Virus record (IMG/VR): IMGVR_UViG_3300020049_006862
Span: 1 to 64,000 of that record
Reading direction: 5' to 3' (one strand)
DNA length: 64,000 nt
Source of the DNA: a virus
Lineage: Duplodnaviria; Caudoviricetes
Position 1 is the stretch's first letter. Each line of letters opens with the position of its first letter. Shown here piece after piece: positions 28,991 through 40,237 of this stretch. A model generated the notes under the pieces. It was not told the DNA's origin. It ran no database searches and worked only from the letters and a program-made list of their open reading frames with translations. The position numbers and the translations under genes were made by a program.

Positions 28991-29245
28991 ATGTACGAAC
29001 AAATGTTATTATGAGACGATGTTCACGAGGGCGAAGTAGACGTAGAATGGGGGTATAACGATGATATTATAAATATAGAATGGTGATTTAGCTCGGAGCA
29101 TAGATACTCATACAGACTTTACGTTTACACATTGACTACGGACAGACCAAAAAATAAACATTATTTAGCCGAAGGACACTATTTCCCTAATTTTCCGGAT
29201 TTGGTTATAGAATGTCTTCGAGTGTACATCGCAAAAACAGAATAA
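28991..29245 (+). CDS. small protein, paralog array member, 2 TGA=Trp (not in ORF track)
   Basis: fills the gap exactly; TGA at 29012 and 29084; FPDLVIECL motif. Confidence 0.65.
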
Positions 29246-29246
29246 T

Positions 29247-29771
29247 ATGGATTTAAAAAGAATAAAAGAAGTAAGTAAAGAGTATCAAATCCCTATAGGA
29301 GCTGTAATTGATATGATACTTTCGCTGGATGACCCTAATATTGAATCAGATTTCGCACTCTCACTGTATGGAAATGGGTATACTTCAACCTTTTCTAAGA
29401 AAGGATTAGAACTTACAGAATCAGGAGAAACCATAGTTACGCAAGCAATTATGAAGTTCCAGGACGGACAATATTTATCGCCAGAATGAAAAGAGAAATT
29501 TGATGCTTGGTACGAATTATTTCCAATAAAAGTAGGGGACAGGAGAGTGCGGACAGGTAAAGTAAAAGCTAGAGAAGAATATTTGAAAATTTTGAACACG
29601 GTAGATCCCGACATACTTTACGCCGCTTTGAAAAAAGATATAAGTTCTAGATCTTACAAAGAACTTTACTATATGCCAGGACCACTTTCTTGGTTAAGAA
29701 ACGAAGAGTACAAAAACCACATTGAAGAAGTATCAGAAGACGCATATTCATATGGAAAAGATTTCGCGTAG
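29247..29771 (+). CDS. putative replication initiator / helicase loader, 1 TGA=Trp
   Basis: FDAWYELFPIKV motif after TGA 29487; directly upstream of DnaB. Confidence 0.65.
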
Positions 29772-30768
29772 CCTCCATTATATATCTTCGGAGCAAGCAG
29801 CTAAAAATGCTGTTAAACTGATCAAAGATAGAAAATCAGGGAAGCTTTCGAGCTTAAAGAGCTGCTGACCTAAATTTGATAAAACATTCCTTAAAGGGAT
29901 TGACTGGAATAGGATGCTGACTATAGCCGGAATTTCAGGAAGTGGTAAGTCGACAGTGTGCCAACAATTAAAGATGTCTTTCTTGGAAAATAACCCAGAT
30001 GAGTCATTTGACATTCTTTCGTTTGAATTTGAAATGTTAACAACAGATCAAATGAGCAGAGCTTTCTCTGCTCGCCTTCAGAAGACAACTCAAGAGTTGT
30101 ACAGTGGTTCGGAAGAGCCGCTTACAGACGAAGATATAGATCAGATTGAGGAGGCTGCGAAAGAAGCGGCCTCCTTACCCATTTTTTACGTAGACACTGT
30201 AGGAAATGTTGACGAGGTAATCAAGACTGTTTGGGAGTTTACTCGTGACAGAGGGCTTATTGAAAATAATAGAGGTTTAGTTATTTCTATTGACCACGCT
30301 CTTTTAGTAGAAGGTAAAGGATATTCTGAATCACAAGAGAAAGCAGTGATTGATCAACTTTGTAAAGCTTTGATTAAGCTAAAGATTAACTATGCCGCTG
30401 TTGGAGGAAGGATAATCATCATACTTGTATCGCAGTTAAATAGAGATATCGAATCTTCTGAAAGAAAAAGCAATAAGAATTTGCATTATCCTACAAAAAA
30501 TGATATCTTTGGGGCATCATCGATTTACCATGCCTCAGACTACTTAATGGTAACTCATAAACCAGCTAATTTAGATGGTATAGGAGAATACTATGGACCA
30601 GAACAGAAGAAATGGGGATTTCCTAAAGGATTCCCTATAAAGAATCCACACGATCCAGAGCAAGCCATGATCTATTGGCACGTAATTAAGAACCGATTCG
30701 GTCCCCTGCGCATACTTGCAATGGGGGACAATTTCAAATTTTCACAAGTTACCGAAGTAAAACTTTAA
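29752..30768 (+). CDS. dnaB: DnaB-like replicative helicase, 1 TGA=Trp
   Basis: AGISGSGKS, FEM, IDH, VSQLNR, KNRFG; LKSC-W-PKFD at TGA 29866. Confidence 0.9.
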
Positions 30769-30851
30769 CATCATGCCACTACTTGGATATTTTGTCATCG
30801 TTGTATTTCTCATCGGTGGCTTCACACTAATTTATAATCAACAAAAATGAT

Positions 30852-31517
30852 ATGTCGAATTTAATCGGAATTTGCGGAGCATCAGGAACAGGTAAATCTA
30901 CCTCTCTTAGAAATCTGAATCCAGAAGAAACATTTATAATTAATGTCCTAGGAAAGGATCTTCCATGAAAAGGTGCGAAAGCTGCCTTTAACAAAGAGAA
31001 TAAAAACCAAGCGAACAGAAGTAATTGGTCTGAAATCATAGGACTCTTAAACTGAATCAAAGAAAATAGATCAGATATAAAGAACATAATTATTGACGAT
31101 GCTGGTTTTGTAATGTCTTTGGAATACTTCAACAGAGCTATGGAGTCAGGTTACGGTAAGTACACACAACTTGCGCACCACTTTACGGAGATGTTGACTG
31201 TCGCTAAGAGCTTACCAGATGATGTAAACGTTATTGTAACACTGCACGATAGACTTGAAAATACTGATGGAATGTCACCAGTTAGGAAGATCAAAACTGT
31301 AGGACAAATGGTAGACCAGCACTTTGAACCTGCCGCACTGTTTACCGTACTACTATTTACTAAAGTATTGACCTCGAAAGAAGGAAGGAGTTACAAATTC
31401 GTAACTAATTCAGTAAATGAAGATTCTGCTAAATCGCCAATGGGCATGTTTGAGGAACTATACATCGACAACGATATGCAGAAAGTTTTAGAAGCAATAA
31501 AAGAATATAACAATTAA
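30852..31517 (+). CDS. AAA_24/Sak4-like ATPase, 2 TGA=Trp
   Basis: GASGTGKSTSLRNL, KDLP-W-KG, IIIDD, AKSPMGMF; TGA at 30966 and 31053. Confidence 0.85.
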
Positions 31518-31522
31518 TTATT

Positions 31523-32101
31523 ATGGAATACAATCAAACTATCTTGACTTTTGGTGACTTTCTGGAACCAAATAAACTCCAAGGACCGGGCATCTATGAA
31601 GGTGTCACGCTTCAGCCAATTACATTCGGCGAGGGGTTTTTCGAAATTCCGTACGTAACTGCGGATAATCAAATTGTATCGAACCGAGTATGAACTCCGG
31701 ATCTAGAAAAATTGAAAGACAAAGAATTTAAGGAAGCAACTGTAGCGGAAGCATATTCTGCTCGTTGGGGATGGGCTATGCGACATCTGACACATCATGC
31801 ACGGATCTTGTGTCCAAAGGAAGAATGCGAAGCAATTACTGCTACGAATCACATGCAGATGGCTAAGAACATTGTAGCAATGATCAATAAGTATCATGAA
31901 GCTGCTAAGTTGAATATTAAGGTCGGTCTCCGCGATGATGGAATCAATCTTCAATTCGCTTTCAGCCCGGATCAATATGTGGAACTACACGAGGAAGGAA
32001 AACCAACATCTCTTCGCTTCTCAAAGAAGGAGCTTGAGTTGCTGCATCCAGCACCCTCTGATGCGCTGATGGGAAATATCGATTACACAACATTTATGTA
32101 A
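31523..32101 (+). CDS. hypothetical protein, possibly ssDNA-binding, 1 TGA=Trp
   Basis: TGA at 31691; function inferred only from position between Sak4-like ATPase and primase. Confidence 0.6.
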
Positions 32102-32106
32102 CAGCA

Positions 32107-32142
32107 GAAAAGGGAAGGGGGCTAGTCTCTCTTCCCTTTTCT
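32107..32142 (+). terminator. intrinsic terminator
   Basis: AAAAGGGAAGGGGG-ctag-TCTCTCTTCCCTTTT. Confidence 0.7.
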
Positions 32143-32155
32143 AATTTCTACTCCT

Positions 32156-33130
32156 ATGACTTTCACAGACTTTTATACACCATCAAAACAAGAGATCCTT
32201 AACAAAGTAACCGAAGAATCTATCTTCGAACATTTCTTAAACATAGCAGTAGTTCCTGGGCTTATTAATAGCCCATTCAGGCCGGATTCAAATCCATCCT
32301 GTTCCTTCTTACGACTTAGAAATGGTGTACTTTGCTTAGTTGATTGAACTAACTATAATTTCATAGACTGCTTCAAAGCAGTGGCTATGAAAAGGAATTG
32401 CCATTACAATGAGGCAATAAGAGCTGTCTATGAAGCTATGGATCAGCTACGCCCGACTAAGATTGAATTCACAAATAACTCCGACAATTATTCACTTAAG
32501 ATTAAGCTCAAGGAATGGGACGAGGAATCTAAAGCATATTGGCGCAGGTACTATATTAGTGATAATACTCTTACTAAATTTTCGGTATATCCTGTAAGAG
32601 GAGCTTCTATGTCTAGACCAGAATATACTAAGTCTTGGAAATGGTCTAAAGAAGAGCCTATGTTTGCCTATCTTAGAATGAATGGCATCAAACTATATCG
32701 TCCTCATTCTGATAAAAAAAGTAAGTGGCGTTCGTCTAATTGGGGAGACGCGCTATTTAATTATCACAATCTTCCGCCCAAAGGTGATGTTCTTATTATT
32801 ACTTCTTCCGCTAAAGATGCTATGGTTCTAACCGAATGCGGTTTCCATGCTGTAGCCCCTCCTTCTGAGACAGTTAACATTCCAGAAGATATTGTTGCCG
32901 AGCTTAAGTCTCGCTTCTCTCATATCTTTATCTTTATGGATACAGATGAAGCTGGCACTAAAGCCAATATTAAGTTATCCAATATTTTTAATTGTTCCTA
33001 TATTATCATACCTAGTAAATACCACAAAAAAGATATTTCTGATTTTATTTATAAACACGGCCCAGTCAAAACCTTTAGATGCCTAAAGCAATGGATGGTC
33101 CGATCAACCACGAAAAATTATGTCTATTAA
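32156..33130 (+). CDS. DNA primase (Toprim), 1 TGA=Trp
   Basis: SPFRPDSNPSC N-domain, ITSSAKDAM, FMDTDEAG, KDISD; TGA at 32345. Confidence 0.85.
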
Positions 33131-33277
33131 CGAGGAAAGACTTGCTCAGGTTAAGTCTATGATGGAGACTATCCAAAGAGTCATTACAGATCCGGAAATG
33201 CCTGAATTTCTAAGAGAAGATTTGGAACGCCGGGTTGAAAATGCGCGAGATCTTTTAAATGATATAAAACTTTAATT

Positions 33278-33928
33278 ATGCCTACTAATTGGTCTTTAAT
33301 CGAAGGTCTTAAACCTGCTTGGGATTGTTTTATAACGAAAATATATCCTGAATTCATACAAATGGATGCTCAGAAAATGTGCCCACCACCTCAGAAAGTA
33401 CTTAGAGCATTGCAGGAAACTGATATGGAGCAGATAAAAGTGGTAGTTTTGGGAATGGACCCTTATCATAACGGAGCTGCAACCGGGCTCTGCTTTCATG
33501 TAGAGGAAGGTGCTAAAATTCCTGGATCATTAAGAAATATTCAGAGTAAAATATACGAAGAGACTGGGCAAAAAGGAGATTTAGCTTCGTGGCCAGGGCA
33601 AAATGTGTTAATGTTAAATACGGCCCTTACTACTCAAAGAGGTGTGGCAGGAGCAAACATGAAATTATGGGAACCTTTTACTGAAGAAGTACTGAGGTAT
33701 TTGGATACACAAGACGATATCGTATGGCTTCTTTGGGGAGCTAACGCAAGAGACATAGTGAAGAGGATTATCAAGAATCCGACTCACCGATTTATCATTT
33801 CATCACATCCTTCTCCACTGAGTTATCATAAGCCTCTTGGGAAATATCCTGCTTTTAAGGATAGCGTTCCCTTTGGAAAGGCGAATAAGATCTTGGCGGA
33901 AAAAGGTAAAACACCTATACAGTGGTAG
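33278..33928 (+). CDS. ung: uracil-DNA glycosylase
   Basis: GMDPYH, GLCF, SLRNI, LNTALT, LWG, HPSPLS. Confidence 0.95.
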   Translation: MPTNWSLIEGLKPAWDCFITKIYPEFIQMDAQKMCPPPQKVLRALQETDMEQIKVVVLGMDPYHNGAATGLCFHVEEGAKIPGSLRNIQSKIYEETGQKGDLASWPGQNVLMLNTALTTQRGVAGANMKLWEPFTEEVLRYLDTQDDIVWLLWGANARDIVKRIIKNPTHRFIISSHPSPLSYHKPLGKYPAFKDSVPFGKANKILAEKGKTPIQW

Positions 33929-34419
33929 CACTAGAACTTTCCCAACTTGCTAAACCGCTATTGTTTGACTATGAAAATATCAAGTCAACGGTTTGCGTGT
34001 TTGCGAACACTATCCTATTACACGGAGAAATGAAGAAAGGTGGAAGCCTTTACGAAGAGCTGTCCATTGGATATTTCTGTGACATTAACCAGAACATTGT
34101 TGTGGAGGGCTTGAAAACATCGAAAGATGGATTAAGCGCTTTTTACAACCCTGAGTCGGGGGCTTACGGAATTTGCCAGATTGCGCAGCGTAAGACTGAA
34201 GATCTCTACACTTGGATCGAGTTTCATGCCAAATTAGTAGAAAAATTCAAAGACAAAAACGTTGTTTTGTTTCCGATTAAAATTGACGATGAAACACATT
34301 TCGCAACTACTTTTGTTAACATCGTGGATAATTTTGAAGATTCTTTAATAATCCAAGAACTCGCAAAAGACTTCCCTGATAAGGAAACTATAACTAATCT
34401 CTTCACACTAAAATACTAA
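33922..34419 (+). CDS. hypothetical protein
   Basis: 165-aa ORF heading the ligase cluster. Confidence 0.65.
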   Translation: MVALELSQLAKPLLFDYENIKSTVCVFANTILLHGEMKKGGSLYEELSIGYFCDINQNIVVEGLKTSKDGLSAFYNPESGAYGICQIAQRKTEDLYTWIEFHAKLVEKFKDKNVVLFPIKIDDETHFATTFVNIVDNFEDSLIIQELAKDFPDKETITNLFTLKY

Positions 34420-34421
34420 TT

Positions 34422-35228
34422 ATGCTTCTCGCACGAACTTCAGAGCACCAGCGGCATTTTGCCAAAAGATTGAATTCCGGAAAAATTACTGTGAATTTTG
34501 GCTCACCAAAAGTGATCAAAGGACCAGTATTGAATAAGACAGAAAACGTAGTGGCCGCCTTTGATCGGAACAAAGCGAACTTTCTTTTGAATTCCTATGG
34601 AATCAATGTTCCTAAAAGCATTAGGGCACAAGATTTGTTTAACAATGATCAATTGGATTTAAGCCGCTTACAAGTCCGCGGCTTTACATACCCAATCATT
34701 GCCAAAAGAAATGGGCTTTGTACTCACAGAGTCTCGATTCTGAGTAGCATAGACGAATTGATGCGAATTTGCCTTAGTGACAACGTTAAGGAAATCAGCT
34801 TGGAGCAGTACATTCGAAATTGCCAAAGTTATCGGATTTACACGATACCCGCTTTGAGCGGTAAGAGTGTGGATTATACTATCAACGGCCACCCATATCA
34901 AGATTCTTTGGGAATCCCGTTCGCTGTGAAACGTAATTTGGAATTGGCGGAAAACAGCAACATGTATAAAACTAAGAGTTATGAAGTGAACGATGCTCTA
35001 AGCATTGAAAGTATGCCGATAAGCTGGTTGTTGATGCTGCGGAGCGCGGTGAAGGCTACGAGAGTGCTGGGTTTGGATTTTGCTTCAGTTGACATGTTGT
35101 ACAATCCGTATTCTACGGAATACTTTGTAGTTGGAGTTGATCCAGATTGTCCATTTACCTCAAGCAAGGAGATCAACGATCAAATCGCTGAAGCCCTTGT
35201 TCAGGGAATCAAACTCATCCTGCCATGA
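34422..35228 (+). CDS. ATP-grasp (RimK/YheC-like) protein, divergent
   Basis: YPIIAK, EQYI..YRI, LGLDFASVDM; lacks ExN. Confidence 0.65.
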   Translation: MLLARTSEHQRHFAKRLNSGKITVNFGSPKVIKGPVLNKTENVVAAFDRNKANFLLNSYGINVPKSIRAQDLFNNDQLDLSRLQVRGFTYPIIAKRNGLCTHRVSILSSIDELMRICLSDNVKEISLEQYIRNCQSYRIYTIPALSGKSVDYTINGHPYQDSLGIPFAVKRNLELAENSNMYKTKSYEVNDALSIESMPISWLLMLRSAVKATRVLGLDFASVDMLYNPYSTEYFVVGVDPDCPFTSSKEINDQIAEALVQGIKLILP

Positions 35229-36532
35229 TTACCGTATCGAAACATCAGAGTTCTCTAAAGGAGTCGAAGCTGTTTGAAAGGCTTGATCATTATATGCGAA
35301 AATTGGAAAATGATCCTTCTAATTTTTTAGAAAGAAGTCTGGCCAGTAAAAGAGCTGGAGGGAATCTGAAAATTATAAGAGAAAAAGCTTTTGAAACTCT
35401 TTTAGGCATTTTCGAAAGGGATGATATTTTCAAGCAGGTTACATGGGCAACTGAAGATGAGGCTAACTTAATCATTAGGACCAATATTCACAGAACATTA
35501 GGAGCCAGTATGGATGATAACATGCAGCCTTTTGAAGATTCAGGAATACTGTTTTATCAAGATGGTGTTGTAACGAACTACGCTGAACTCGCTAAGACTT
35601 ACGACATTCCGTATATACCAGGAAGACACTCAGATGCTTATGTTGTGTCTCAACTTTTCTTTAAGTTCGGTGAAGAAATTTTCCAATACTTAGAAGGAGA
35701 GTATGCTTTTGTTTGGACAGTTGAAGATGAGATCTTTACTTACAGTAACATCCCATTCTATATCTACCGGAACAATGAAGAATTCCACCTGACAACTTCT
35801 GTCGTAGTTAGTAATTTTCTACGGACTCTGATTCAATCCTTTCCTGAAGAAGAGCAGCTGAATTATGAAGTAATTGATGAGAAAGAACCGCTTATATGGA
35901 TACATACCGAACATAATGCTCAACCGGAATTAAGTCGCACCTACCCTAACACTTTTAATTTTCATTACTCAGGAATAGGAAATAGATTGTTAGACATTGA
36001 TTTCAAGGAGAACTTGACAATGAATGAACAAGGAGCTATAGTACCTGCGGTAGATAGCTTACCTGTTGTGTTGGAGAAAGGAAAGCTCATGTTTTGGAAT
36101 AAAGATAGATGGGTAGATTTATACACGTACATTACAGTATGTACGGACGAACCTGTCATTTATCCCCTTTATTCCGGGGCGAAATACGAAGTGAGTATTA
36201 CTAGGACTACGTTGAAAAAAATAGAAGCTTCCAACAATTGGGAACGAGCTTTATTTAATAAACTAAGCTTTGATCAATACCGGAAGTATTTTAAAGTGCC
36301 AGAAGTATTGCCTACCTATGTACATCCAGCAGAAGATGAAAAAGAATCATTGTTTGTACTTCTCATAAGAGCGCTTGCTAACTGTCCTCGTTACGAGGAT
36401 TCGTTTCAGCAAGGTATAGCTATCTTAGGAGTCGTGTTCAAAACGATGATGGAAAATCATGAAGATAAATCTGCTCGCCGAATCTACAAGGTACTAAAGA
36501 GATTACATGACTACATAAAAGACAAGCAGTGA
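35225..36532 (+). CDS. class II (Ntn) glutamine amidotransferase-like, divergent
   Basis: MQPF, QDGVVTNYAEL, SD, EGEYAFVW; no N-terminal Cys. Confidence 0.55.
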   Translation: MITVSKHQSSLKESKLFERLDHYMRKLENDPSNFLERSLASKRAGGNLKIIREKAFETLLGIFERDDIFKQVTWATEDEANLIIRTNIHRTLGASMDDNMQPFEDSGILFYQDGVVTNYAELAKTYDIPYIPGRHSDAYVVSQLFFKFGEEIFQYLEGEYAFVWTVEDEIFTYSNIPFYIYRNNEEFHLTTSVVVSNFLRTLIQSFPEEEQLNYEVIDEKEPLIWIHTEHNAQPELSRTYPNTFNFHYSGIGNRLLDIDFKENLTMNEQGAIVPAVDSLPVVLEKGKLMFWNKDRWVDLYTYITVCTDEPVIYPLYSGAKYEVSITRTTLKKIEASNNWERALFNKLSFDQYRKYFKVPEVLPTYVHPAEDEKESLFVLLIRALANCPRYEDSFQQGIAILGVVFKTMMENHEDKSARRIYKVLKRLHDYIKDKQ

Positions 36533-37635
36533 TGGAAACCTACAGAGACATAACTTGCAAACTCAGATCAACAACACCGTTTACCGTTAGCGGTAAAACC
36601 ATTACAGGCAGAGAGGGGAAGTTTGAATTCGACCCTTTGAAAGATGCAATGGTGAATGGTGTCTACGTAAAAGGTGTTACTCTCGAGCTACTTGAGGATA
36701 AGCCTTGGAACCACAATGTATATATGTATGCTGATCCAAAACTACATTTAAATATTGATCAGGATACAATTGACCGAAATAAGATGTTCTACTCCAGCCA
36801 GATTACTGGAAATCCTAAGTTTGTATACGATAAGCCTTACGTAACTTTGAAAAAAGAGTACGAAGGATTAAAGTATTTGACTGAAAAGATAACAACAATT
36901 TGGAGTAGTGGAGTGAATCAATTGTATCCGAACGAAATTCTGTACCGGTTAGGGGGACACTTAAACATAGACATTACTGGCTATTGCGTGAAAACAAAAG
37001 ATTATTATGATCCTACCATTTTTCAAGCGGTTCATCAGTTGTCTGAATTTATCCAGTCAAAAGGATCTTACCGGAGAAACTTCGTCAAAGTTCAAGGACT
37101 TACTGCCCACGAATTAGTCGCAGTTTACACAACATTTTGGAAAGTGCAGGACGCAATAAGAGAGTTTATTCCTCCTTCACTTTGCGCAAAACGGCAACCT
37201 TTCTTAGGAAACGGTCATGATGATTTAATCTTGAAAAGATGGCGTAAGCTGTCCGCTCTCGATTCTCAGTTTCCGCTCACCATCGACTCAGATGGTGCAG
37301 TGACATTTAGCTCCCACCCCGCAACGCCCTGTTGCTTTAGGACAATCGCCTGGCTAACTATCTGTTTAGCCATTGTCCAATACGCTAAATATCATTCTGA
37401 CGAAATCATCATATCCGTAGCTATGGGGTACAAAACTTCCCTTACTCGCGACATACTGAAGTGGGCCGAACAACAATGCACTACTACTGAAGCTACTGAA
37501 TTGCTTCAGAAGATAACTCGGTATGTTCATAACGAAAGTGACGAGCATATCCGAATATTGACCGAAGTACCTCTTCCACAAAGAATGAGATACTACGAAG
37601 ATAATTATTTTGATAAACCCTATAATGAAATATAA
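36529..37635 (+). CDS. amidoligase-like protein, divergent
   Basis: GGHLNI, TVEFR-like AVTFSSHPAT, AWLTICLAIV. Confidence 0.5.
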   Translation: MMETYRDITCKLRSTTPFTVSGKTITGREGKFEFDPLKDAMVNGVYVKGVTLELLEDKPWNHNVYMYADPKLHLNIDQDTIDRNKMFYSSQITGNPKFVYDKPYVTLKKEYEGLKYLTEKITTIWSSGVNQLYPNEILYRLGGHLNIDITGYCVKTKDYYDPTIFQAVHQLSEFIQSKGSYRRNFVKVQGLTAHELVAVYTTFWKVQDAIREFIPPSLCAKRQPFLGNGHDDLILKRWRKLSALDSQFPLTIDSDGAVTFSSHPATPCCFRTIAWLTICLAIVQYAKYHSDEIIISVAMGYKTSLTRDILKWAEQQCTTTEATELLQKITRYVHNESDEHIRILTEVPLPQRMRYYEDNYFDKPYNEI

Positions 37636-38014
37636 GAATAAAATCAGTGGAGGCTTCAGATCCGGACTTGAAGAATGATGCTCGGAACACCTACACAAAA
37701 ACGATATCAAATTCTGGTATGAGGGTAAAAAGTTTACTCTTGTACCAGGATTTGAATCGACTAGTCCCTCATTTGAAGTAGTCGGAAAAACTAAGAAATA
37801 TAAATCAGTTACTACTAAGATCCGTCCAATAACATATACGCCCGATTTTGTCGGGGATTCTTGAGTAATAGAGACTAAGGGATTTTTAACCCCTGACGCC
37901 AAACTCAAATGGAAGTTATTTAAAAAGTATCTAACTGATAATAAGATATTTTGTCTGTTATTCATGCCTAGAAATAGGAAGCAGATAGAAGATACAATTA
38001 ATACTATATTATGA
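37625..38014 (+). CDS. T7 endonuclease I-like Holliday junction resolvase, 2 internal TGA=Trp (not in ORF track)
   Basis: FRSGLEE-W, YTPDFVGDS-W-VIETKG; ends at TGA 38014, or TAA 38068 if read through. Confidence 0.85.
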
Positions 38015-39036
38015 AACACTGAGAAGATCCCAAAAGGTCAGAAATCTATTATCAAACTCCTGGAATAAGCAACTCGCTTCTAAAGCTGGTTAGCACTCCT
38101 CTACTTCTTCAACAGAAATTAAAAGGCGAGCATGTACAAGCTGACAAAGAACATTTTAGAGTAGGAAAGGCTATCGACTGTTTACTTACATCACCAGAAC
38201 TCTGAGAAGCAGAGTTTGATGTAGTATCAGCTGAACGTCCTTCCGGTCTCTTAGGCCTCTTTGCAGATAACTTGCCAGAAGGTCTAACACCTCTCTCCTC
38301 GCTCGAGCTATACGAAGAAGCATACAATGCTTCGGGCTTCAAGCTTCCACTAGAAAGAGTAGTTAACATCTTCTGATCTAAAGGTGATAATGTATTTTAC
38401 TATGAGAAAAAATACGAAAAATCAAACAAAACCATCTTATCACGAGGTGAGATGGAGAAGGTCGAACTTGCAGTAGATCAGCTAAAGAAGGCTGATTATA
38501 CACACAAGTATTTTTGGCCTGCTGATAACACACGATTGATTACTCAAGTACCCATATACTTTAAGTACAAAGATTTAGATTGTAAAGGCCTTCTTGATGG
38601 CATCGTTATTGATGACGAAAAGAAAACTATACTTCCGTATGATTTGAAATCGTCTTCTTGGGGAATTAGAAACTTCCCTCTCGTTTATAAAAGATTTAAA
38701 TACTATAGACAAGCAGCGTTTTATCAACACGCTGTTCTTAATCATTTTATTCCAGAAGAAAATTTACAAGGTTACGAACTATTACCATTCACTTTTATAG
38801 TGACTTCCTCGAAACGAGGAATACCGGAAATGCCTATTATCTATAAAGTAGAATCTCAGGACTTCAGATTTGGTATGCAGGAAATAGATGACGCAATAGA
38901 ACAATATAAGTGGCACGTAGAGAACAACTACTTTGACATGTCTAAGGAGCAGTTTGAAAACAGCTCCGAATATTGGGTTAGTTATTTTTCACCCTCGAAA
39001 GAGGATCAAATCTTTGAAGATGAAACAATCAGTTAA
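38011..39036 (+). CDS. PD-(D/E)xK exonuclease (RecE/ExoVIII-like), 3 TGA=Trp
   Basis: ISNSLLK, GKAIDCLLT, KGLLD..DLKS, YYRQAAFY; TGA at 38020, 38203, 38374. Confidence 0.85.
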
Positions 39037-39259
39037 TGACAAGATTCTTGAACCAATAGTAACATCTGCTTACTTTGGATTTTTTGCTTTCTGGATCGTG
39101 CGATGCTTTCCAACTAGATGGGATTTCGCCGCAAATCGATATAACGAACATATTGTATGGGGAAGATTTGGAATGGAAGCTTGCGGAATCGCATTCTTAT
39201 GCGTATTTATTTACGTAATAATTACTGTTTTTGAAGAAGCACACAAAAAATACAACTAA
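39020..39259 (+). CDS. two-TM membrane protein
   Basis: hydrophobic segments. Confidence 0.55.
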   Translation: MKQSVNDKILEPIVTSAYFGFFAFWIVRCFPTRWDFAANRYNEHIVWGRFGMEACGIAFLCVFIYVIITVFEEAHKKYN

Positions 39260-39261
39260 CG

Positions 39262-39495
39262 ATGAATGGCTTTAGAACAACCCAGAAAAATTTGTCTCGC
39301 TTCATTAAAGAGCAAGGAGAGTTAATTCTTTGGTCTATGTACTCTTTAGTACCTATAGGCGTCAGTATGGCTATCTGCGACATGCGTGAATTGCATTTTG
39401 GGTGGAGGCTTGCTTTGTGTGCAGGTACATTTTGCTTGGCGATGCGCTTTGGGGCTGGAATTAGATGGATCGTTGTTAACAGAGAACGCGATTAA
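39262..39495 (+). CDS. two-TM membrane protein
   Basis: hydrophobic segments; terminator-like hairpin at 39518-39558. Confidence 0.55.
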   Translation: MNGFRTTQKNLSRFIKEQGELILWSMYSLVPIGVSMAICDMRELHFGWRLALCAGTFCLAMRFGAGIRWIVVNRERD

Positions 39496-39604
39496 AAATA
39501 TAGTGTAGGTGATGAGAGGAGGGGTAGCATCGAAAGGTGTTGCCCCTTTTTTATTTTAGTTAACTTATTCCACTAAAGCTTTTTACTATTAAAAAAGAAT
39601 TATT

Positions 39605-40105
39605 ATGGAAAAAAAGAAATTGAATAAGAGTGCAGCCTTCGTGTTGCCTCGGACTGGTTTGGATTATACCAAGTTGGTAGGGTTGGGAATCGATAATACT
39701 TATTTGTTCTCGACAAATTCAACAGAACCAGAGATGCACGTAGTGGTCAGTTCTACACTGACTCCTGAACAAGATCAATGAATGAAAACTGCTGGAAAGA
39801 ACTATAAAGAAACACGCACTCATCAGGAGAAGCCTGTGTACGTATACTCTTTCACGGAGGAGGACCAAAAGAATATTGTGACTCCGTTTCTCAAAGGAAA
39901 GTATTCAGAAATTGATCGTGACTATGTAAAAACATTTGACCGTTGGCAAGTTGTTGACGGTTTCTACGAACCCTCTAAGACATACATGATCTTTACTAAA
40001 GATACTCGTCTGAAAGAAGATTGGGAACAAAAGATTGGAGTGGAATTCACAGATGAACAAGAGGTATGGTCTCGACCTTTAATCGAGAATGAAACCTTAG
40101 CCTAG
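39605..40105 (+). CDS. hypothetical protein, 1 TGA=Trp
   Basis: ATG 39605 in frame with track ORF 39782; TGA at 39779. Confidence 0.7.
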
Positions 40106-40237
40106 TTTGGAGCCGCCTCATTAGCGGTGATTTCTCTACGGAGGAATCTAAGGAGTATAAAAACAGAAGGGGTAGTACCGATTGTATGGTACTACCCCTT
40201 TTTTATTCTAGTAAATTCACTTATAAATAAATCTATT

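Noticed and set aside
37366-38019. 217-aa minus-strand ORF in the track
   Set aside because: Shadow of the recoded + strand resolvase; likewise other antisense track ORFs are shadows of real genes.
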